A DNA stretch of 64,000 nucleotides, from assembly GCA_001606155.1 (NCBI GenBank), contig LODT01000035.1:420658-484657 (forward strand). Reading direction: 5' to 3'. Positions 36,475-47,572 of this stretch are shown one piece after another; position 1 is the stretch's first letter; each line of letters starts with the position of its first letter. Origin of the DNA: Tieghemostelium lacteum (Eukaryota). A model generated the notes under the pieces. That model saw only the letters and a program-made list of their open reading frames with translations. It was not told the DNA's origin and searched no databases. Made by a program: the position numbers and the translations under genes.

Positions 36475-39400
36475 ATGAATAAATTAAATATTTTTATAAT
36501 ATTGATTTTGGTATCAATTTATACAGTCAATTGTAAACCACCTTTATTGACAAGTCTTACCGATACAAATCCCTTAAAAATTTGTACTATTGGTAATTTT
36601 CAATTGGGATTAAATGGTTTAGATTTTGAAAATTCCCCAACAGCTACTTGTCTGTTTCAATCTTCACCAGCCGGTGTGAATGCAACTACAAAAGTAACAT
36701 TTATTTCTTCTACTCAAGTTCAATGTTTAGTTCCAGATAGAGTTGCAGCAGGTCTCTCTGTTAATGTAATTCTCTCTGTCAGTAATGATGGTGTTACCTT
36801 TTCAAATGGTTTTGAAATTAGATATTCAGGTTCATATGCATGGAAAGGAAACGTATTTTTAACAGGGTATGTTTAATTTATTCTTATTTACTTTTTTTAT
36901 ACTTCTTACAAGTTCTAACAATTTTAAATTTAATTTTATTTAGGGTATGTGATTTCTAAATTTAAATTTTTTACTTATATATATATATACTAATAATATT
37001 AATTCACTTCTTTTTTTATATTATTTAAATGATTTTTATTTCTTATTTAATATATAGCACGGTAAGTGATTTAGATAATATTTATAGATTTTTGTTAATT
37101 AATATATTAATAACTTTTTCTTATATTTAATAATATAGATCCGGATTTTCATGCTCTAGGAGGTAAATATGGTAATGGTGCTCCATTTTTTGTTAAATCA
37201 TTGGATTTTGCAACCAAATATACATGGAGAGATTTGACAGTACCAGATAGAAAGAAATTCTTATTTATTGAAAGTAAAATGCCAGCTACAGGTACTGATG
37301 TAAAACACAGTTTAGATACATTGACATATTACAATCTAACTAAAGGAATACACTATGACCATGTTGATGGTAATGAATTTGCCAATGTTGCTTTAAGTGA
37401 CTACAGTGCACTTGTAGTTGCATCTGCTGGTGGTGGTATGTTAACAACTTGGGAGATCCGTGCTTTAAATGCTAGAAAATCAGATATTGCCTATTTCTTG
37501 AAACAAGGTGGTGGTTTAGCTGCATATGCTCAAGGTATTGGTAAATTCACAGTAACAAAGAGTCTAGCAGGTATAACAGATTGTGCTATTTCTGAAGGTT
37601 TTGCATTCTTACCAATCACTGTAAATGGTAATCCTAATATTATCTTACCTTACAAACCAACTCAATTGGGTATTGATAAATTCAATATTACTGAATTGGA
37701 GATTAATGATCCTTCTCACTCTATTTTTGGTCAAACTGGTGGTTTGGATATTCTAACTTATGATAGTATGAATTCTATTGTAACTCTTGCCGGTCAGATT
37801 AATGCATGTCCTTATGATTGTAATGGTAAAGGTAGTTGCACTTGTGGTGAATGTACATGTGCTAATGGATACCATGGTAACTACTGTGAATGTGATCCAG
37901 CTGTCGACCAATGTCCTTCTGTTTGTGGTGATGGTCTATTGGCAGGTGACGAAAGATGTGATGGTACCATTGGTTGTAAATCTGATTGTTCTGGATGTCT
38001 CCCAGGTTATGTTGAAACTGAACCTTTAAGTGCATTCTGCTCTGAAATTCTTTACCCAAGAGTTGCAACAATTACATCAGCTCCAACCACAGGTGGTTTA
38101 GTAACTGTCACTGGTACTAATCTAGGTGTAGATGCTGGTGCAATTTCAATTAATATCCATGATTCTCCATGTACCAGTCCAACATTTACCGATACTACTC
38201 ATACTAAATTCACATGTAGAGCACCAATTGGTGTTGGTATTAACCATCCAATTTCAATTAATGCCTCTGGTAGAATTGGTGATGGTTTAGGTCATCCAAA
38301 ATTCAGTTATCTCCCACCAACTTTCGCTTCTTCACAATCAGTTTTCACTGAGGGTGGTGCCATTTCGATCTATGGTACTAACTTTGGTGAAGATATCAGT
38401 CAACTCAATGTCACAGTAAACAACAAACCATGTGAAGTCTCATACTCCAACCACAACGTTTTAGTATGCTCAGTAACCTCTGGTACAGGTACACAAAAAT
38501 CAGTTAACATCAATGCAGCCTCTCAAGTAACAACTGGAACATACAGCTATCTCCCCCCAGTTATCGACACACTTACCGATGTGGGTACCCCAGGTGGTCT
38601 ATTAACCCTAGTAGGTAAAAGCTTTGGTGTAGAATCAGATGACCAATATATTTACTATGTAAACGATTTCCATTGTGAAAATGCTCGTGTTATTGTTGAT
38701 CATAAAATGATGGTTTGTACCATTCCTGAAGGTACTGGCGCTGGCTATGATATATGGGCAGTTGTAGACTCTCAAAAGAGTAATGTCAAACAATTCTCCT
38801 ATTCTAAACCTGGATTTGCAATGAAATTTAACCCTGTTCCAACTAAAGGTGGTTACATCACCGTCATGGGCAGTAACTTTGGTAACAATGCTCAAGTCAT
38901 GTCTGTTACCATTGGTACCAATCAACAATGTTCCGAAATTACATTGTTAACACCACATACTCTATTTTCATGTTTAGTTCCACCAGGTACTGGTGTATCT
39001 AATATTTTTATGACTGTGAATGGACAAAACTCACAAACTGATAAAATCAGTCGTTTAAGTGGTCTCATTGAATCTTCAACTTCTGTACCAACTTCTGGTG
39101 GTTTAGTTACTCTTATTGGTGATAATTTTGGTACTGATACTTCAAAAGCTACCATTTTAATTGGATCATTACCATGTGATATTGTCAGTCTTTCAAATAG
39201 CAATATTACATGTAATCTAGGTGCAGGTACAGGTATTCAAGATATAGTAACTACCATTGATAGTATAACATCAACTCTAACAGACTTCTTCAATTATGAA
39301 AACCCAACTATTAACACTACCACTAAATCCAAGACTCAAGGTGAATCTGTTGTAACTATTTCTGGTACTAACTTTGGTACAAATTCAACAACTATCTCTG

Positions 39401-41385
39401 TAACTATTGGATCATCGGAATGTACTGGTGTTTCAGTTTCAAAAGATCACACTGAGTTGACATGTACTGCTCCAAAAGGCACTGGCTCAAAAGCTATAAA
39501 AGTAACAGTTGATAGTCAAGTGTCTGAAGAATCTCAATTCACTTATGAATCTCCAACTTCTGAATCAACGACTCCAGTTCCAACTATTGGTGGTACTACA
39601 ACTATTACAGGTACCAACTTTGGTGATGATGCATCTGTAATTCAAGTTACAATTGCAATGACTGAATGTTCCAGTGTAACTATTCTTCAAAATCATACTC
39701 AACTTAGTTGTGTAGCTCCAAAAGGTACTGGTGTTGAAGATGTTGTCGTAACTGTTGACCAACAACCAGTATACTCTGAAGACTTATTCACCTATGAGAA
39801 TCCAACAGTAACATCTACATCAGTTATCCCAACTAGAGGTGGAAAGATTACAGTCTCTGGTACCAACTTTGGTGATGATTTCTCATTGGTAAAAGTATTT
39901 GTTAATGGAAGTCCATGTTATTCTGTAGTAATGACAGTTGAACAAGAACAAGTTGAATGTGTAGCTGCTTATGGTCAAGGTCTTGGAAATCCTGTGTATG
40001 TAGTCGTAGACTCACTTCCATCACCCTCAGCAAATCTCGTAGGATATGCAACACCAATTGTTAAATCTGCAACTGGAAGTGTTACAGCAACCAAATCAGG
40101 TACAGTAACAATCAAAGGTGATAATTTTGGTACAAATAGTTCTGAAGTCCAAGTTCAAATTGATGGAAACGTATGCAGTGATGTTAAATTACTTTTGAAT
40201 CATGAGTCACTTACATGTCTCTTACAACCAGGCAGTGGATTCCAATTGAATGTAAATGTAACAGTTTCAGGACAATCTTCAGAACCCAACAAACTCTTTG
40301 ACTATGATGATGGAGCTAAATGTGATGATCCAACTTGTAGTGGAAATGGTAAATGTGTAGGTGGAGTTTGCAGTTGTAATGTACCATTCTACGGCCCAAC
40401 TTGTGCCATTAAAAACCCAGAAACTCCTTCTGGAACTACTACAGGTTCAGCTAGTAGCACTACTGGTATTACCATTATAACAGGTTCAGCAGTCACAGGT
40501 TCAGATACTATTCCAGACGATAACGGTGATGGTATTCCAGATAAACCAACTATTCAACCAAATACCACATTACCAGATGTAACCATTCGTCTACCTACTA
40601 ATGAAACTATGAATATCTTTGTTAAAGAGATTAGAGAGCATTCATACACTGGACAACAACTCAGATCCTATCTAGTATCAACCATGAAATGGAATCTCAC
40701 AACAGCAGTCACTGAACAACATGTTAAATGGAACTACAATTTAACTCTAGATAACGGTGCATTTGTTGACGTTGAAATCACCTATTTCCTACAAAACTCC
40801 TATGTAGAATTTGCAGGCCAGAATATCACCATGCCTAATGGAAATGTTAAATTCAATATTGATATCTACCAATGGTCTTACTTGGAAATGAGTCAATTAA
40901 ATACCTTAAAGGTTATCATGACTGCTCAAGTTGTTGGTACTCCAAATAACTGTAATGAAGATCAAGTAGGTTTAGATAACAACAAAGAATCAGATCAGCT
41001 TCATTGGTTTGAGTTTAACCAAAATGGTCATTCACTTTATGGAAGATTCTCAAATAGAGGTATTACTGATGGTAGAATAGTTCCTGTCTCCCAAGCTATT
41101 GATAGACGTTCTGATGATGGTAAAGAAATTGATGTCAGTATTTCAGTACCTCATTTCACATCAGAAACCCATATTGATCCTGATTTCTCCATTCTTCTTG
41201 GTACCTCTTCTATAAACACTGATTGTGGTGATAAACCAAAAACCAATTGGAAAGCAATTGTAGGTGGTGTTGTTGGTGGTGTTGGTGCTGCTGCTCTGGC
41301 AATTGGTGCTACATTCTTCCTAAGAAAGAAAAAAGAAGAAAACAAATTAAAAAAGACTCTAGATTCAATTGGCAATAGAGCTTAA
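36475..41385 (+). CDS. Large type I membrane glycoprotein with signal peptide, about 11 tandem IPT/TIG domains, EGF-like Cys-rich modules, a single C-terminal TM and a short basic tail (tgr/plexin-like surface protein). Multi-exon: 36475..36866, unresolved intron(s) 36867..37138, main exon about 37139..41385.
   Basis: Signal peptide MNKLNIFIILILVSIYTVNC. Exon 1 ends at a GTATGT donor at 36867. The large ORF is open from 37141 and is preceded by the atatAG acceptor at 37133-37138; the phase does not match a direct join, so a micro-exon or alternative site is likely. The repeated module ...GG.(V/I)T(I/V).G.NFG.......V.(I/V)......C..V......T.L.C..P.GTG.... recurs about 11 times. EGF-like blocks lie at about 37800-38000 and 40310-40400. 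The TM is AIVGGVVGGVGAAALAIGATFFL followed by RKKKEEN. Confidence 0.75.
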
Positions 41386-41488
41386 ATTTAAATAAATTAA
41401 AAAAACATTTTCAATATTTTAATTACAAGGATTAATGATCATGATACCAGTGAATTTATTTAGAATTGTTGTTTGGTGGGTTTATTAA

Positions 41489-41508
41489 GGGAGAGGGAGG
41501 AGGGAGGG
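41489..41508 (+). other. G-quadruplex-type motif GGGAGAGGGAGGAGGGAGGG in convergent 3' intergenic DNA.
   Basis: Four GGG runs with 1-4 nt loops, read directly. They are embedded in otherwise more than 75% AT intergenic sequence between the stop of the IPT/TIG gene (41385) and the stop of the RING gene (41541). Confidence 0.6.
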
Positions 41509-41540
41509 AGAACACTATAGTATTTTTTTTAAAAATTTAA

Positions 41541-42325
41541 CTATGTATTGTACGAAGTGTAATATTCATCAACTGGTGTCTGACAAAATGGACATTCAGG
41601 ACGAACAGATTTTTTGGTTACAACTGCGCATCTACGACACAATCTGTGTCCGCAACTAGTCCAACAAACTGATTTATCATTTTCAAAACATATATTACAA
41701 AGTCTCTCTCTTTCTAATTCATTCTTTAGTTCTCTGTTGTGTTTTTCTAAATAAATAATTTTATCTTTCATTTCACTGTTTAGCTATAAAGTTGATTTGC
41801 AAAGTTAATTGATATGCTTTAACTTGTGATAGGTAGAGTATATATACATACTATATAATCTTTTTCAATGTCAGTTCTTAAATCTACATTTTCTTTAAGT
41901 AATCTATTTTGGTCATCAATAGATAATGTTTCACCATTAGAATATAATACAGGAGGATAGTTGGATAATGGATGGTGAACATTGTATCCATTAACAAGAT
42001 TATTACCAGCAGAAGATGATACTGTGGTTGTTGTTGTAGTTGTAGTTGTAGTGGTTCTATTAATTACCAAACCATCATGATCGTTAACAGTATTAGTGAG
42101 ATTACTGTTATTACTGTTAATGTTATTGTTATTATTATTTTGGTTGTCGTTATTAGTTTTCAACCAATAATATACACAAGAGGCACCAGCAATTAATGCT
42201 GCTCCTATTAAATATGGTGATTTGAGTGCATCTTTCAAATTCAAATCATAATTTAATACCTTTTCAACTTGAATTGGTGCACCTTTGGTGATTATTTTAT
42301 AAATCTCTTCGTCAAGTGGATCCAT
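41541..42325 (-). CDS. Membrane-anchored RING-type E3 ubiquitin ligase (N-terminal TM, poly-Asn/Thr linker, coiled-coil, C-terminal IAP/MUL1-type C3HC4 RING). Exons 42325..41849 and 41777..41541 (approx).
   Basis: The upstream ORF has TM LIGAALIAGASCVYYWL. A GTATGT donor follows ...IEKDYI and an AG acceptor precedes LNSEMKDKIIYLEKHNRELKNELERERL. The RING reads CNICFENDKSVCWTSCGHRLCRRCAVVTKKSVRPECPFCQ. Confidence 0.75.
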
Positions 42326-42900
42326 TTTACTACTACAAACTCTTCTACTTCTATTATTTACAAATATTTACAATTTTAATAAAAAAAAAATATATATATA
42401 TATTTAAATTGACTGCAACTAGTACTATTGCATAAATGATAAAAATCACTGATTTAAAATTCCTGTTATTCTAATGAAATTGTAATTGTAATTTCTCTAA
42501 AAAAATGATTTAAAAAAAAAACAGTTACACACCTAAAAAATATGACATTAAAAAAAATTTATTTTTTTTATTTTTTTAAAAATAATTTTGGTTTTGAGCT
42601 AATGCATCCCATTTTTTTAATTCCATATTCATTAAATACTTATTCATTTTTCTCTATGTGACACCTTTAGAGTACAATTAGTTATTTAATTAGTATTGTA
42701 TTCACCAATATATATTTGTAATGACAATAGATTAGAGATTATAATCTGGGCTATGGTTTATTATTGAAAGCAGTTTTGAACATTGTATATATTTATTAGA
42801 TTTTTTAGAATATCATATGAATAAATCGAAATCTACATCAACTAAGATGTAAATCTGTAAGTATGACTCAAGGTTTCTTCAAATTCTGTACTTTTATTTT

Positions 42901-43003
42901 ACCTTTTTTAGCAAATCACTTTGATGTAATAAATATTTTTATTTATTTTTTATATATTTTGTTACCTTTTTTAGCAAATCACTTTGATTTAATAAATATT
43001 TAT
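42901..43003. repeat. Direct repeat, two about 39-bp copies (accttttttagcaaatcactttgatKtaataaatattt) with a 64-bp period.
   Basis: Copies at 42901-42939 and 42965-43003 are identical except for 2 nt. They lie in the intergenic region between the 42325 gene start and the 43016 gene stop. Confidence 0.85.
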
Positions 43004-43015
43004 TTTTTAAATTAT

Positions 43016-43639
43016 TTATAGAGTATCACATGAATAGGAAAAAGAATATGTTTCCATATTTACACAAGCATTATTTGGATAAATTTGTAGTATTGACTCA
43101 CTAGAAGACTCTGATATATAAATTTGACTATTATCTTGACTGCAATAGATATATGCATTATATGGTTCAGTAGTGTAAACAGTTGTAGTTTCATTACTAT
43201 ATTGAATTCCATTGAATGCTGAACCACTACATTGAGTACTATCATAATAATTTAAAGAGATAAAAGAATTCCAGGTATATGGTGGACCTACATATAACAA
43301 TGAACTTTCATTTGAATTCTTATCAAAATAACCACACATTTGATTCCAACCACGTCCACCAATTTCCAATTGAGCACCACCTTTACAACTTTCTTGATAG
43401 TAGACAGCAACACTCATTATTCTAGTATCACCTTCAATTGTATAGATAGAAGCTGATAAAGAAGTATTTAAAAACATTCTGCATCCAGTTGGACCATAAA
43501 ATGAAAACCCAACTGCATTCTCCATTGATGTTGGAATATTACAATAAGGACCTTCAGATGGATAAATGAACCACTCGCCAGCATTAGCAACCATAACCAT
43601 CATCAATAATGTACACACCAATCCTATAATCAATTTCAT
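43016..43639 (-). CDS. Secreted Cys-rich protein, paralog A of a tandem pair.
   Basis: 207 aa; signal peptide MKLIIGLVCTLLMMVMVANA. Shares with the 43932 gene the motifs CRMFLNTS, PY(T/P)W(N/K)S(F/Y)..L(N/E)Y(Y/F), and the C-terminal YSFSYSCDTL / YSFTYTCNNL. Confidence 0.6.
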   Translation of the reverse strand: MKLIIGLVCTLLMMVMVANAGEWFIYPSEGPYCNIPTSMENAVGFSFYGPTGCRMFLNTSLSASIYTIEGDTRIMSVAVYYQESCKGGAQLEIGGRGWNQMCGYFDKNSNESSLLYVGPPYTWNSFISLNYYDSTQCSGSAFNGIQYSNETTTVYTTEPYNAYIYCSQDNSQIYISESSSESILQIYPNNACVNMETYSFSYSCDTL

Positions 43640-43931
43640 TTTTAATGGATATTTATATATTTTATATTTATCTAATATTTCTATTGGTATTAAAATAAAG
43701 ATGAATATGTTGATTTTTTTTTAAATAGATCTGTTTGATATCATAAATATCTTTGTTGATTTTAAAATTTTAAAATAGATATTTTTCGGAATATTCTATA
43801 TGGAAGGGAAGCATGCTCTATATTAATTAATTGTTTAATCTAATACCAAAAAGGTAACACAAATGTTGACGTTTAGTTTTAATTAGAATAGTTGTTGGTT
43901 TATTCTAGGGTTATATTTGTCTATTGAAAAT

Positions 43932-44570
43932 TTATAGATTGTTGCATGTATAGGTAAATGAGTAAATAGAATCTGGGAATGGTAGACATTCTCCACTGAC
44001 ATAGCTCTGTTGGTTACAAGTTCCAGGAGTAGAGCAATCTTCAATAATATGTACATGTTGATATTGGTCACAATAGACTTGTGCATGAGTATGCATTCCC
44101 ATTGGAGTTAGATTAGTTAGTGTAGCATTTGGATATTTCATCAACAGTATAGAATAATCATTTACACATTCATCACCATAGAAATATTCTAAACCCACAT
44201 AAGATTTCCATGGATATGGTTGTAGATTATTAATTAGATAATATTGATTATCAGCAAATGTTGTACAAATTGGCTCCATTCCATTACCGGATGCTGAAAA
44301 TACTGGGTCACCACTACAATTTACATTGTCAGGATAAAGACCCAATGAAATTTCTCTTTCTTCACCGCTGTTATAGTAAACAGAAAGACTTTGAGAGGTA
44401 TTTAAAAACATTCTACATAATTTAATACCATACATTTCCATTCCCACACCTTGATTGGCTTCAGCACATCTACTATTACTGGGATAAGCATAAATTTCCA
44501 ATGTACATTCTCCAAATTGTACACTTAAAATTGATATAAAACAAATAATTAAAATTAATTTATTAAACAT
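43932..44570 (-). CDS. Secreted Cys-rich protein, paralog B of the tandem pair.
   Basis: 212 aa; signal peptide MFNKLILIICFISILSVQFG. Same length, Cys pattern and shared motifs as the 43016 gene; same orientation, 293 bp apart. Confidence 0.6.
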   Translation of the reverse strand: MFNKLILIICFISILSVQFGECTLEIYAYPSNSRCAEANQGVGMEMYGIKLCRMFLNTSQSLSVYYNSGEEREISLGLYPDNVNCSGDPVFSASGNGMEPICTTFADNQYYLINNLQPYPWKSYVGLEYFYGDECVNDYSILLMKYPNATLTNLTPMGMHTHAQVYCDQYQHVHIIEDCSTPGTCNQQSYVSGECLPFPDSIYSFTYTCNNL

Positions 44571-44854
44571 TATAAGTTGAGAATTAAAATGACGTCTGCT
44601 ATTAGATAAGTGTTTAAGAAAAAAAAATATCTCAAGTAAGATATTCAGATATTTCTACAAATATCAAAAAAAGATTCCACCTTTAACATGGGTGGGATTC
44701 CATTCATCCAAAATTTTGGTATTCGAAAAATCAATGTAAATTTCTTACTTAATTTAATCTTTATAAATCTTGTTAATTTTCAAGATATTTGTTAATGGAA
44801 TTGTATAGGAATTGAATGATAATAATACACTAGTGTGTTTCAATAATCTTTAGA

Positions 44855-47298
44855 TTATTGAATATAAATTAAAAAGGTGAATATGAATAATAAAATGATT
44901 AATGTTGGTGAGATGAGACTACTTTTAATACCAGAGCAAATGAAAGGACCAGGTTCACCACCAGCTATAAAACCAGTAGAGGCATAGAATTTTGAACATG
45001 GGTTACTAGTGGATACTGAAACTGTTACAGATAATGATGAAAGTACTGATATTTGAGTATTGGATCCTGTGGTAACTGTTAATGGCACATAGGTAGTAGA
45101 ATCACCTGTGGGAGTGGAAGATGTTGATGTACTAGTTGATGTATCTTCTGTTAGACCACTGCTGGTGACCGTACTAGCTGTAGCACTTCCTGATGCAGTT
45201 TGACCACAATTGTCATCGAGGTTACATGGAAGTACTGGGGGGACAGTTGGTACTGGTGTAGGGTTAAAAGGGATGGATGTAGGAGTACAAAAGTCATAGT
45301 CAACAGGACATAAAACACCAATGTCTCCAACAGCTACAATTTCACCTGGAGTATTACATATAATTTCTTGTCCATTTGCTAGAATACTTAATTGACCTGT
45401 TGAAGAACAAGATGCAGGCCAACATGCTAAACTTAAATCCTCAACTGGTTGATTACTATCTTCCAAATACTCAAAACATCTACAATTTGAGCATCTCTGT
45501 TCACGAATAGTTGTATTCACTGGTAAGCTCTCATCAGTACAATAATCAGTAAATGTCAAATACACTGGACAATAATCCAAATAGTATCTGTCTCCACCCC
45601 AAGTAGGAGTAGTAAAATATTGATATTCTGTAGGTAAATCTTCATAATATTCTACAACATTAGAAATACCCTTACCATATCTAGAACCAGTACACATTTG
45701 ATTTTGACCTAAACACACGCATACATATTAATAAAATATTCAAAATCCATATAAAAACTTAAATTACTCTAATATACATACTATAAGGAGATGAAAAATA
45801 AGATCTCCAATTTTGAGAGGAACATTGAGCTATAAATTCACAACCCATGTTTCTACCCCATTCCATTTGTTCGGCCATTTGATAGTTTACATTATAGAAA
45901 AAGAATGAATTAAATACTGCCAATGTTAGATTTGATACCACTGAATTTGGATTTGAAAATGGCATCATTATTTCATCATAAAATACATTAGCAGCCCAAT
46001 GTGAAGAATCTCCACCAAGTTCACTGAAATAGTAAAGTGGTGAGTATTGTGTGTATCCTTCATTAGCATTTGGATAACATCCGAATTGACTACTAAATGC
46101 TTGAGCTATATTTCATTAATTAGTATAAACAATTTTAGAAATGAAGAGGGAGAAGAAGGTATTTAAAATACATACAAACTAATTCCATAGTTAATCCTTC
46201 TCTGGTATCTGTAAAATTTTGACTATTTGCATTATATCCATCATAGGTGAATGTAGCAATTGCATTATTGTCTAGAGATGTTTAATGTTAGATTATAATC
46301 TCTATGTTAATATTTAAATATTAAATATTTACCAATTTGTGAACCTGAACTTGTATATGCTAGATAATATCTAAAGTAGATATCTGTAAATCCTAAACCA
46401 TGGAATATTTCGTGTAAAACTAATTTATAAAGTGCTGTTGTTTGGAATGCTGTTGATCCTATAAATGATGATATCATACTTGGATTTAGATTGATGGTAA
46501 CAACTTTTGGTCTACCAAGTCCAATAATAGTAGATGAACCTTTCTCTTGAAAGTAAACATCAAAATTACATGGACCACCATTAGCAAGTGTAGAGTCACT
46601 AACTATTTAAATTTAATAAACTAAATGTTAGTAGTTATAGATTATTAATCAAAAAATTGAGACTAATAGTTACTGTTTGCATTTTGTAAAATTGGTCTGG
46701 CTAGAACATAGATGATGGTATTGATACCTGATGGTAATGAACCTCTAGGTGACATGTATTGACTTGGAAGTGGGATATTATCACGACAAGTTGGGTATCC
46801 TGGGTTTAGTCCAACTGATTGAGGACCATCAGATGCAACCGAGAATAATTGTTGTAGATAATTCTGTGCAAGATTAAGAATATTATTTTGAATAAATTGT
46901 GAGAGTTCGGCAGTTTGAATATCTTCTTCTGTACAGTATAAATAACAGTTTTCATTATCAGGTGTAGTACATTGTACACTTGTATTTGGGTCGGCTCCAA
47001 ACACTACTTTTTGACCTACTGAATAACATGAATAGGGGTAATCATTCTGACCTTCCAATAAAGTAGTATTAAAATAGATACTCATAGGTTGTGTTGCCTT
47101 TAATTTCTCAGCTGCTGGATCAATCTTTTTTAAATTTGATCGAGAGATCAAATCTTTCATTTCGGTATCGGTAAATTTAAAATCTTCATTGTGATTGCAT
47201 TTGTATTCACCAATCTCCTTTTTTGAAAAAACAAATGTAGAGCAGAACAATATAAATAATAAAATAATTAAATTTGAATATTTATATATTCTAATCAT
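44855..47298 (-). CDS. Leishmanolysin (GP63, peptidase M8) homolog with signal peptide and hydrophobic C-terminus (GPI-anchor-like). Five exons: 47298..46674, 46602..46333, 46271..46176, 46105..45782, 45708..44855 (2169 nt, 722 aa).
   Basis: All junctions are GT...AG and share phase 1, giving an open 722-codon frame. Exon 2 carries the zinc site LYKLVLHEIFHGLGF (HExxHxxGF). Exon 4 carries the SHWAANVFYDEIMMP motif and the Met-turn region. Exon 5 is the Cys-rich C-terminal domain, then Ser/Thr-rich ...GIKSSLISPTLIILLFIFTFLIYIQ. ORFs 46663..47298, 45759..45968 and 44855..45718 are its pieces. Confidence 0.87.
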
Positions 47299-47572
47299 AT
47301 TATTTTGTGTTGATGTAAATTAACAATAGGGAAAATTGAATTCCCAAAAGAATTTAAAAAAAGAAAATAAAATTTAAATATCTAAAGAAAATATCTCAAA
47401 TAAATACCAGAATGTACAAAAAAACAATCATTTATTTATTTGAATGTAGTTTTCAGAACTCACACTATAAATTCTATATTTAGAAACTAATTTAAAGATA
47501 TATAAAATTATCTTAATAAAGATTAATCTTAAACATTTATAATAATTTTTTTTTTTTGATCATTTTATGTAA

